In this document: in pieces, positions 52,915-64,000 of the stretch
How positions within the stretch are numbered: position 1 is the stretch's first letter
Layout of the letters: each line of letters opens with the position of its first letter
DNA from: Octopus sinensis
Taxonomy: Eukaryota
DNA: 64,000 nt
Reading direction: 5' to 3'
NCBI RefSeq assembly: GCF_006345805.1
Contig: NC_043015.1
Span: forward strand, 33,914,001-33,978,000
Notes under the pieces: generated by a model
Told to the model about the DNA's origin: nothing
The model's input: only the letters and a program-made list of their open reading frames with translations
Database searches by the model: none
Program-made: the position numbers and the translations under genes

Positions 52915-53305
52915 CAGTGGTCCTGTACGGGGGAGAAACTTGGAAGATTGGTCCCTTTGAGATGTGGATATTTCACAGAATGGAAGGGATCAGCTGGAAA
53001 GAGAGGGTAACAAAACACTAGGCAAAATGAAAGTCTAAAGATAATTATTGTCAAGAGCCAAGTTGGCAAAGCCATCCTATTTGGGGCCAATGATGACCAT
53101 GGGTCATTGTCCATGACCATCCTGATGAGAAGTGTAGAGGGAAGAGAGAAAGAGGCTGCCAAGGACATTTGTAATCTGATGACAGCAAAGAATGGAGTGG
53201 AAACAAGAACCTAGCCGATTGTAGACATGCAGCACCACACAGAGAGAACTGGAGAACCATGATAAGCTGAAACCTGGACATGGAGAGGGCACCTGGCAGA
53301 TGAAG
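52915..53305 (+). mobile_element. Old RTE (BovB-like) LINE 3' fragment
   Basis: Degenerate ILMRSVEGKRERGCQ...DDSKEWSG...RENWRTMI. Confidence 0.6.
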
Positions 53306-54119
53306 AATAGGAAACTTATTAATGAGTAATTCTTCTCTTTGGATAACAAACAAAACATGAAAATTAAAAAAAATAACTAATTACTTTTATCATTATTCTG
53401 TTTTTTTTCCCCCTGGTTTTCTCTTAATTGGGGAAATTGTCCAGGGTTTGGCAGTTTTTGAACCCTTTATTTTATCCTCCCTAAACTTCTCAATCTGTCT
53501 CGCACTTTCTACAAAGATCTATCCCAATACACAGGCACGTAACACGATGTTCCATTGATAAAAATGATAACTATAATTATTATCCCATCATCCCAAAACA
53601 CCCAGAGACAACCAGCATCTTTATTGCTTTGAATCTCTTACCATTCTCATAAACCTCTAGTGTGATTCTACTCAGCTAGATCTCTTGGAAGCTTCTTTTG
53701 CTGTTGGACACCACTAGTTTCTTACTCTGGAGAATTTTAGTGAAAGCAATGTTTTTGCCCTTGACATTATTTTGTCTCATAAACATAGTTAACAAGGGAG
53801 AACCCACTTAAGGGCTCCACTTGTCTCTTGGAGATATAGTAGTACTGACTTACAAGACATCTATCATTCATCTTCTTTATGTCATTTTTCAGTCAGAATT
53901 TTGTGATCAATGTGACATTTCTGTATGCTGTCTATCAATCTATCTCTTTCTTTCTCTCTTTCCCTCGTGGGATATCCATGGCTGGGTTGTCTTTCATCAC
54001 AATTCTGTTTAATGTGGGACAAAAGAATTTTTGGAATAAGTACATTATCAAGTTTCAATGTAACCTGTTACCATAGTGTTGTTTTTCTAGTCTATTTTGC
54101 TGTCCAGTTTGTCTAGATA

Positions 54120-54320
54120 TTGGTTTCAAATTTTGGCACAAGGCCAGTAATTTTAGGGGAGTGTGTAGGTTGATTATATTGACTCCAGGGCTCAATAGGT
54201 ACTTATTTTATCGACCCCCAAATGATGAAAGGCAGAATTTGAACTCAGAATGTAAAGACGTGTAAAATACTACCAAATATTTTCCCTGGTGTTCCAATGG
54301 TTCTGCCATCTTGCTGCCTT
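54120..54320 (-). mobile_element. Nin-type SINE
   Basis: ggtacttattttatcgacccc...gatgaaaggcagaatttgaactcagaatg. Confidence 0.8.
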
Positions 54321-55722
54321 ACTTTGTCTAGATTTTAATTCTGATAAGCAATTGTCAACTCTGTTTCAACAGAAAACATCAATTCACTTCCACTGTGATC
54401 CCTAAGCTGGAAGACATAGAGTTGCCTTGTTAAACAGGTGTAATGGTTATTGTAGAAGTTGTCTCACTGAGCAGGTAAAATGATAACGAAGAAGATTTGT
54501 AAAGTTTTATCCGTGAGCAGGTATAAAGAAGTTCCGTCAGTCTATTGTCTCTCCAGAAGTTTATAATGGTTGTTAGATTAAAGGACAGGACTATGTGTAT
54601 GGTAGCTTTGTTTAGTTGTAATTGGTTAAAGGAAATTACTGATGACACTTATGATGATGTTGATGACAACAATGATGATGATGATGATGATGATAATATT
54701 GTAACACCTCCCACCCAATGCAGACACTCATAAGCCAGACAAATTCTATTGACTCATTACATTCTTTCTATTTCTTTAAATAATTCAGTTTCTCAGTCAA
54801 TTCTTTGCTTTATTCCAGCCTTTCCCCCACCCTGACCCTCCTATATTGTACATTTAAAAGTTTAAATGTCGATGTCATTGTGAAATTCAACTTCAATTGA
54901 AAATTTTTGCAAGAAAGAGACTTCAAACTCAATAATAACACACTGACATCTCTCACACTCCATAAATCTCTGGCCTGCATCTCCTCAGCATGGCCTTTCA
55001 TTTACAGCCACAAATAAATATATTCTCTTTAGTATTGTTTTGTTTGAAACTAAGATTCCACACACAATTGAATTGGTTCTAAGTCTGGTGCCACTGAAAG
55101 CAATTCTGCTTAGAGAAATTATCTCCTTAATTGCATTAGAATTCTCAAGTTATAACTCATGTGTTAATTCTTAGTTTCAGAAATGAAATTCTAGACAGTA
55201 CTTTCTGCATATTTTAGTGGTTCCAGCATTAAACAAATCACGTTTAAAACAACCAAAATAAAACAGAAAAATGACATGGCATTAATTTTATGGTCTGTTA
55301 TTGGAAATAATAAAATTAGAAAGAGAAATATCTGGATATTGTTAAATGGTAGATTGGATCTATTAGAGTAGCAGTCTTGGGAGAAATTATTAATTCCTCC
55401 AGTTGTGCTGTTTTGTCAATAATGGAAGAAAACAAAGAATATTACTCATCTACCACTGAATGGTCTTTTGGGTTAAACAGCTCAATTGGAAGTCTTTGAA
55501 TTCTTCGTTAATGCAACAACATGGTATTGGTAAATTATTCTCTCTCTTTTACTCTCTCTCTCACTCTTTCTTCTTTTTTCTCTCTCTGTCTCTTTCTCCC
55601 ACTTCTTATGCCCAACGTGACTGAAATGGCAAAGAGTATAGAAATCTGCTAGTTTTTAAAGAGCTATTTACATGAAGGAAAAGTAATAACACACATTGCC
55701 CTCATGTTCCAGTATACACACA

Positions 55723-55769
<47 letters not shown>

Positions 55770-56708
55770 CAATATACATTCATACAGTAACACAAACATC
55801 TGATAAATAGAACTGTCTATCAATCGGTGAATAGTGTAAGTGATATCGAGATTATATATGTATGTGTGTGTGTGTGTGTGTGCATGTGTACACACACACA
55901 CACATATATTGTCCCACCCATGCCAGCATGGAAGGCAGATGTTAAATGATGATGATGATATATATATGTATATATATATACAGTGTTTCCCAAACTTTCC
56001 GTGCCAGATTGCCCACCTATCGCTCAAAACAATTCTCCATTGACCACCTGTGTAAAAAACCCTGACACAACCCTCCCTGACACTAAATCTCCTAGGAGAA
56101 TCCCCCCTTGTATCATTTGACACACACACTATATCGTAGGCTCATTGTCCTGTTAGTGCCATTTGGACTAAATATGCAGTTGTTTACAAATCCCTTATTG
56201 TGGGTTTCATTTTTGCCATTAATGTGAATAAAATTCTAACATTAATTCTATATCATGTAGCCAGATTAACTTCGGTAAACTTGCATTTTCTTTTACACTG
56301 AGTTTTATTTTCCCCAGATGAACCATTGATCAGAACTACTGATGCAAAAATAATTAATGATTGTATTATAAAGGCAAAGAAAACAACTTTTTCAATGAGA
56401 ACCATGTGTCTGGTGCAATTGCAGCTAGTGCAGATAGATTCGGTTTCAAACTTGTCAACTTTAGCTGCAAGTCTCCTCATTGTGTCACATCCAGTCCAAT
56501 TCTTTTATGAGAAGGTAAAGTTCCTAAATGGTTAAAACCAGATTCAACCAGGTACGAGGTAGGGAAGGCAAGCAGAAGTAATTTCAGACGTTTCCACAGA
56601 CTGGGGTAGGAATTCTGTATACTTTGATGCTACCACAAACCTTCTTTGCCATTACAGCGATATCGCATTGTGGCGTCATTGTCATCTTGTAATTCAATCA
56701 AATTCCTC

Positions 56709-56739
<31 letters not shown>

Positions 56740-56995
56740 AGTATGGCAGTAGTAGTGGCTGGTGGTGGTAATGATGGTGATTGTGGTTGTGTTGCTAGTT
56801 GTAGTGGTAATGACTGTGACGGTGGTAGCTGTAGTGTTGATGTTGACGATGGTGGTGATTGTGGCTGGGATGCTAGTTGTAGATGATAGTTACGGTGGTG
56901 GTGGTGGTTGTGGTTGCAGTGGTTGTTATGGTAGTGGCAGTAGTGGTGGCGGGTTGTAATGACAGTTGCAGTGGTGGTGGTGGGGGTGGTGACTG
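56709..56995. repeat. (GGT)n-derived low-complexity tract
   Basis: Visible directly. Confidence 0.9.
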
Positions 56996-57149
56996 TAAAC
57001 TCTATTGTGGAGTATGAGTGGGCTGAGAGGGTGGAGGTGGCTGCATTATCAATTGTGGGTTACAAGGATTATCTACATTTGGACACTGTTGAATGAGATG
57101 CAGTAATTTCATGTTGATCAATGATCTCAGCCCTGAAGGGACACAAAGA

Positions 57150-57186
<37 letters not shown>

Positions 57187-57419
57187 GAACTGAGAGTAAT
57201 GCCTGTACTGGGACAAGAGCAATGAGACCCCGCGACATTAAATATTGAGATATTGTGGATCGGAATAACTAAGTTGTTGCTGCAGGATTGAGAGGGTCAA
57301 TTAAGTTAATTACTGGAGACCATATAATTTAGGAGATGAGGAATAGTATTTACGGCAGCTGATTAGATTATAAAGAACTTGGTATAAATAGGGGGTGGCA
57401 TTGATGGAGGATAGTGTCA

Positions 57420-57855
57420 CTGTTGTTGTTGATGGTGATGATGATGATGATGATGAGGGCGATGGTGTTGGTGGGGTTAATTATGATGATTGTGTTAATA
57501 GTATTGTGGATATTAAAGGTAAAGATGTTGATGCTGCTACTGCTGCTGCTGCTGATGATGATGATGGTGATGAAGATGATGATGATAACGACAATGATGA
57601 TGTTGTTGATAATGATGATGATGATGATGAAGAAGGTGATGGTGTTAATTATGATGATTGTATTTTGGATACTAAAGGTAAGGATGTTGATGCTGCTGCC
57701 GTTGCTACTGATGCTGATGATAAAAACAATGACGATGACAATGACGATGACAAGATGACAACGATGATGATGATCAAAATGGCGATGGTGGTGATGTTGA
57801 TGGTGTCAGTGTTGGTAACAATGGTTGTATTATTGGTGACATTGATGTTGATGAT
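57420..57855. repeat. (GAT)n-derived low-complexity tract with an internal duplication
   Basis: gttaattatgatgattgt...taaaggtaa.gatgttgatgctgct occurs at ~57476 and ~57644. Confidence 0.85.
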
Positions 57856-58416
57856 AAAGATAAGAAAAATCCATTTCTGGAAATTCTGCAAAAGGAAAAA
57901 TACTATTATCGGTAATAATGGATTCCTTTCATCTTGTGAATGTTGAAATGCTGTAGGACTTGAAATTCTGTGGATGAATTACTAACCAGGTGGATGAAAG
58001 ATACGTGTTGGTAACCTGGGTGAATAGGAGAAATATACTGGTAGTCAGGTGAGTGAGGGATGCGTGTTGGTAACCAGGTGAATATGGAATTTATTGGCAA
58101 CCTAGCGAAAGGTGAAATACAGAATAAGAAATATATGTGTGAACTGAATATTAGGTAAGAATTAAAGGAGTACAGGTGGAAGGAATGGCGAAAGAGGAAA
58201 AGAGGAAATAGAAAGAGAAGAGTTTAGATTGAGTGCATATATACATCTATCCAATCATCCATCCATCCATCCATCCATCCATCCATCCATAAATACATAC
58301 GTACATACATACATACATACATATATATATATATATATGCAAACACATACATACCCACTTATATACACACACATGAACACATACACACACACACGAACAC
58401 ACACACACACACACAG

Positions 58417-58565
58417 AGGCATATGGCTGTGTGATCAAGCAGTTCACTTCCTGACTATGAGGTTCCAGGTTCAGTCCTTCTGCATGATGCCACTTTGGGA
58501 AAGTCTCTTCTACTGTAACTCTGGGTCAACCAAAAACTTAGGAGTTGATTTAGTAGATAGAAACC
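58417..58565 (+). mobile_element. CORE SINE 5' part, degenerate
   Basis: aggcatatggctgtgtgatcaag...ggttcagtcc...gatttagtagatagaaac. Confidence 0.7.
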
Positions 58566-61500
58566 TGCCCCACCATTGGTGTGGAGTTGGAAAGAGAGAA
58601 AAAAGCAGTAGTGATGAGGTCGGGGGGGGGGGTCTAAGAGAAGAAAAACAGGAAGGGAGTCTGGTTAGAGGTAGCAAGTGTGTATGGAGAGTGAGGTAAG
58701 GTAAGAAATGGGGGGAGGTGTTGTAAATGATGATGCGTGATGAACAAGGTTTGTAGATGGGTGTTGTGGTGGTGGTGGTGGTGGTGGTGGGGAGCTGTTA
58801 ATGATAAAAATAGGTTGGATGGAATATAGGGGAGAAGTGATGATGACCAGAGATTGAGATGTGTGTAGGGGTGAATGCTGGAAATAACAGCGGGATAACC
58901 AATAATGCATATAAACTGAGGAGTAGGTGTTGACTGGCAGTGCAGAAGGATGAGGATCAGAAGGAGAGAGAGAGAGAAAGAGAGAGAGAGAAAGAGATGA
59001 TGTATTAAGGTTGAGAGTGAAAGATGTAGTGCATGGGGAGAGTGAGAGACAGATAGTAAAAAGGGCAAATCAACAAGAAGTGGCTGAGTGAAGAAGGAGA
59101 AAGAGAAATAATTTGATAAAATATAAAAAATAAAAGGGTGGAGTGATCAGTGTAAAATATGAGTGAAGAGGACAAGGTAAGAATGATAGGTGGAAGTCAG
59201 TTGGAATGGTTTTTGGTAGTGAGAAAGATAAGTGGTGTCACAGAAAAGGTGATAAGTAATTTTGGCTGCATTTAATTACGGCAACACAATATTATGTGTA
59301 GTAAGTGAAATAAAACAAGGAAGGGAAAAGAAAATTTGACGGGAGAATTAGGTGAGGAGCCCAATTATGTACAGCGACATTATGTTTTCAAGAACTCAGT
59401 TTTGCCCCACATATTTCCTGTCATCCTGGTCCTTTTGTCATCTCCATGACATATCTTCATTACACATCTTCTTGGGCCCCTCTCTCTCTCTCTCTTCCAC
59501 AAGTTCCATCCACCTTAACAATCAGTACATATCCATACTGTATCACAGCATCAGCCCAATTTTTCTCTTAACACATTTGCCCTTTGTTGTTCATGTACAT
59601 TTCTATGATGAAAGCACATTTTTATCTGTTTTCCAATTTACCTTGCTCTTTGCTTTCAACTAAATTATTTTTCTTCATGTTTGGCCAATAATTTAATGTT
59701 CTAATTTAAAGTAGATACTAAACACTGCAACAGAATCTTACTCATCTTCTTTTTATTTATTGCAGTGCTTTATTTTACTGCTTTACAACCTTTTAGAGAC
59801 AAGAGATTTTGCATGAAGTCAACAAGATCCAATGGGGTTCCTGGCTTTAAAAAATAAAAATTTTATTGCAGCAAGAAACCACACATTAAAACATTAGCAG
59901 TTTTGAAAATTTAATGTGGTCTGTTATTCGTAGAAGTCCTGTCTAGCAGATCTGCATTCACAGAAAAATAACCAAACAATTCTAACACCAATGTAAATAT
60001 TAACAAAAGAAAAAAAAGATAAGGATAACTTTTAACCTTTTATTACCAAAATAGAAATAAGAAAAAGTAAATAAGAGCTAAACCAGTTTTAGTCTCAGTT
60101 GGAGTGGAATGGTTTTTAATGTTACCTCCAAGGTTGTTTGATAATTCTTGCCTTTCTATATTCTTTCAGTACTTTACATATTGTTCCAACAGAGATATGT
60201 TGTGTATTGATAAAACTTGAAGTATCTAAAGAATTGTCTTTAGAAGTTATTTGCTGTCTAACGTACACCTGAAAGTAAATGTTCCATTAAAAATGGTCTA
60301 TTGATCCCCGAAAGGAGGTCACTTGCGCTTCACAGCAACTTGTTAACACACTCTGAAGGAACACAACACAATAATAGAATTCTTCTCTCTCCAAAGAATC
60401 AAACCTATTTTTCTCATGAAAACAATCTCTGTACACAGTTGGCATCATCTTTAGCCTGCTATCCTCACTGATTTAGAAATTACTAGAAACAACTTGTGTC
60501 TATTCAAGATATCTTGTCGGTGAAGTCCATAAATTCAGGCCTGAAACTGCTGCATTATTTCATATCATTCATAACATTTAAGAAGTTTGCTGAAGCGATA
60601 AGGACCTTTATGTTGGTTTCTTTTTGTTTAACATGATGGAGAAATTTTAAGAAATACTAAAGAAGACAGAAGAAAAAAGGGGAAAAATGGAAATTTCCCT
60701 ATTTTCCAAGTGTAATAAATCTTCAGACGAACCATCTTCTGGAAATGATGCTTCTAACTCATGAAACATGTACTGCATTTAATCAAACTGTTTGTGTAGT
60801 ATCACATCAATGAGAAAAACCTTTATAGTCACGTGATCTGCTGAAAGTATAAACCAAATCTTCTTTGAATTCCATTTTACTGCAGTAGTTCTCAAACAGT
60901 GCATTGTACCAAACTGTTGCAATGTACATCAGAGCTAAGAACTCTAGGAAATGAATTATATTTTTTAAAATGTTAAAAAATAATATCTGATGGAATACAT
61001 TATTCTTTTATTTGTTTCAGTCATTTGACTCATTTGAATTTGTCCATACACCAGATAACATGTTAAGTCTTATGTTCTGAAATTTAGATTTTGAATTTGT
61101 TTTAATTATAAAATTACACCTCAGCTAAAAAACATCTTTTGGCTCTCAAATACAATCTTTTCTTTCTCTCTTTCTATGTTTTGTTAGGTTACAATTTCTC
61201 TACTTTGGTCAGGATTTTTCCGATTTCTTTTTTTTCGTATCAAGTAATGGATGAAAGAATTTAAAAAAAGAATTAAATTCATAGAGCTGAACAAAATCAA
61301 AAGTATTAATTCTATTTTTTCCCTTTCTTTAATACTAACGAGAGCTTAGTATGAGAGAGATTTGGCTGTTATTTTTAGCAAATTGAAAACCACACAGATT
61401 TGTTCAGTTGGCTCATTTGTTGATGTGTAAAAGTAAACAAAAACTAAAAGACACACACACACACATATGAATGTGCTTGTGTTTGTACCCCCACACCATT

Positions 61501-61839
61501 GCTTGGCAACCAATGATGGTGTGTTTGTGTCTCTGTAACTTAGCTGTTCAACAGAAGAGACTGATAGAATAAGCACCAGGCTTACAGGGATTAAGTCCAA
61601 GGGTCAACTACTTTGACTAAAGAGTGGTGCTCCAGCATGGCCACCATCAAATGACTGAAACAAATAAAAGAATACGAGAAAAACGTTCTGTACCACCAAA
61701 CCAAGAAGGTTCTCTGAATATGAACGATGTATTTTAAGGCTAAATAGTAATTCTGTTTATGTTTGTGTAACGGAGACATTTTGGTTGGATTGTTATCAGT
61801 TTTAATCTTCTTTCTATATTCCGTAACTGTCGCAATATA

Positions 61840-62054
61840 CTTGGTTACTATAGGCACAAGTCCTGAAATTTTGTGGGGGAGAGGACCAGACAATTAGATT
61901 GACCCCATTACACAACTGGTACTTAATTTATCAACCCCCAAAAGGATGAAAGGCAAAGTCGACCTCTGCAGAATTTGAACTCAGAATGTAAAGACATGAA
62001 ATACTGCTATGCATTTCACTTGGTGTGCTAATGATTCTGCCAGCTCGCTGCCTT
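61840..62054 (-). mobile_element. Full-length Nin-type SINE with 16-bp TSD
   Basis: TSD taactgtcgcaatata (61824-61839) and taactgtcacaatata (62055-62070). Confidence 0.85.
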
Positions 62055-62149
62055 TAACTGTCACAATATAGAAACATTTCTCATGGTACCAGCACACAAT
62101 TTACAGATGCTTACATATTTTATAGTTTCTGTGAATTTTTCATGGGTCC

Positions 62150-63021
62150 AGCTGGTATGTAAGCAAACTACATCCCCACGAACTGTTGTTGGCACAAGGA
62201 TTCATCATGTAGCCCAAATGATGAGCAAGACCTTACAGCTGTTGTATACCACAAAGGACAACAATATTGTTTCCTTGCTGCAATTATATATGCTGACCAA
62301 TGTGTTCTGGAAGATCAACAATCGGATGAACGAGAGGCTGGATTTGCTTGATATCTCTGAAGCGGGAAAGAAGTAAACAAAGGGTTACCGTGGCATGTTT
62401 GATCACGAATACTTTGTTGAATGGATGAGACAGGTACTGCAGTCTTTGAAAGGGAGAAATATATTCAATGCAATTATCATGATGGACAAATGCCAAGTAC
62501 CATAAAAACTGAAAATACACTGGGAAAGAGTGACAAGAAAGCAATGTTACAAGAAGCATGTACAAAATATGGAATTGGTTTTGAAGACAATGGCACAAAG
62601 GCTATGTTATGGGATAAACTGCATCTGTATATCCAAAATAATGTAATACCTGTAATTTCAAGAATGGCTCAAGATGAAGGACATGGAGTAAATATTTTCA
62701 CCACCTCATTACTCAGATTTGCAACTAACTGTGACTGTCTGGGCTGTTGTAAAAGGAGAGGATGGTAGGCAGTACACAATTGACATTACGTTCAAAGATG
62801 TACTTCAACATTAGAAAGGTACTTTTAATCATCTGAAAGCAAATACTGTTCAAGGATGCATCAATAAAGCAAATAGGAATCTGAAAAGACTATGGGAATA
62901 CATCAAGTCTATGGGAGATGCTGATGATGAAAATGGAGATGATTGAAATGAGGATATGGGTTCTAGTGGCCCTTCTGATGACAAGCAAAGCATTGCTGAG
63001 GACTCTGATAATGATGATTAG
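62150..63021 (+). mobile_element. Degenerate IS630-Tc1-mariner transposase, Sailor (DD82E)-like
   Basis: Across frameshifts: PNDEQDL...HKGQQYCFLAAII; YRGMFDHEYFVEWM; IIMMDNAKYHK; MAQDEGHGV.FSPPHYSDLQ..TVWAVVKGE.GRQYT; about 81-82 residues from the second D to the E position. Confidence 0.75.
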
Positions 63022-64000
63022 AAATATATCTGACTTTTCTTTTACTTTATTTTTCTAGCAAATGGTCAAAATATTGTATTAATTCATGATCATACCTTTG
63101 CCAGAATTATGCTATCGAAAACCCGTTGGTTTTAGGCATATCATGCAACATCAGAGGCTGTTTTAAAGTTTTTTAACAAGTTTCATTAGTACCCACGATG
63201 CTGGTGCAGACTGTAAGAACTATGTCTCATTTACTGAACAAATTAGTAAATATATAGTATTTTTCTGGGTTTTTTTTTTTAGTTATAATAGGTTAAATAT
63301 AAAACTATCTTCTAGTGTATTTTTTGCTTTTGTGTTCAAAGTACACCAAAATATTTTTCTATTTACTCTAAAGTGTGCCATAAGGAAAAAACTTTTTGAG
63401 AACTCCACCTTACAGTCATGAAAAATGAAACCAATATTTTTTATTGCATTGGTAGGTATATTCCCAGATACCACAGCCATGTTAGCCATCACTTGCAATC
63501 AACTATTATTTGGTAGGAAGTACCATTCTTTTGCTAATTATTTTAGTTGCTTGTGAAGTTATAAAGCAGACTTAGCATTTCAGCTCTCCCTCTCTTGACG
63601 AAACAGGACATCCAAGTTGTGGAAGCTGGAATGAAAGAGAGCAGCACCAGTCCCTGGCTAGTAATCATTTCACTTGGAACGAAGTACTTTACTGAAGAAC
63701 ATGTTGCCCTGTCCCTGCCCACAGATCAAACTCAAGACCTTGTGATTATTAGCCCAACACCCTAATTACACACCTTCACTTTCCCAGATACATTGTGTCT
63801 GAATAAAAGACTGCCTGGCAACTATATGCTTTATTCCTGACCCTCATACAGCCGTTGTTAAATGCAAAACCTATACCTATTCTAGAGAGCCACTCTACAA
63901 CAAATCTTATTTTACCTTTCTTCCCTTCCATCATGAGATCTTCTGTAAACTATTTGTAAACATGTTAAATTTAGAAAGAACAACCTACTCAAGATTCGGT

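Noticed and set aside
57395-57946. 183-aa Asp-rich ORF with hydrophobic tail
   Set aside because: Explained by (GAT)n low complexity; no ATG start or recognisable domain

Overview
AT-rich, repeat-dense eukaryotic DNA, most likely intronic or intergenic sequence from an octopus (coleoid cephalopod). The host call is an inference from the tRNA-derived SINE families, the RTE LINE with a (GAT)n tail and the very dense (TA)/(CA)/(GAT) microsatellites. I see no intact host gene, rRNA, true tRNA or CRISPR array. Nearly all ORFs in the track are microsatellite artefacts or transposon debris. Recognisable elements are CORE-type and Nin/Deu-domain SINEs, RTE, L1/Tx1 and Penelope retroelement remnants, and DNA transposon remnants (a fold-back mariner, maT/DD37D-like, hAT, Helitron-like, a Merlin-like MITE with an 8-bp TSD, and a Sailor/DD82E-like transposase). 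The most interesting signals are RNA-structural. (1) An RTE LINE 3' UTR carries a copy-number-variable array of ~63-nt units, each able to form a hairpin plus an H-type pseudoknot. (2) Several distinct Penelope-type hammerhead ribozyme motifs are present, some with long helix-II insertions. (3) There is a set of near-perfect palindromes, and in one the symmetry axis cuts through a hammerhead catalytic core. All structures were folded by eye and need computational and experimental confirmation.
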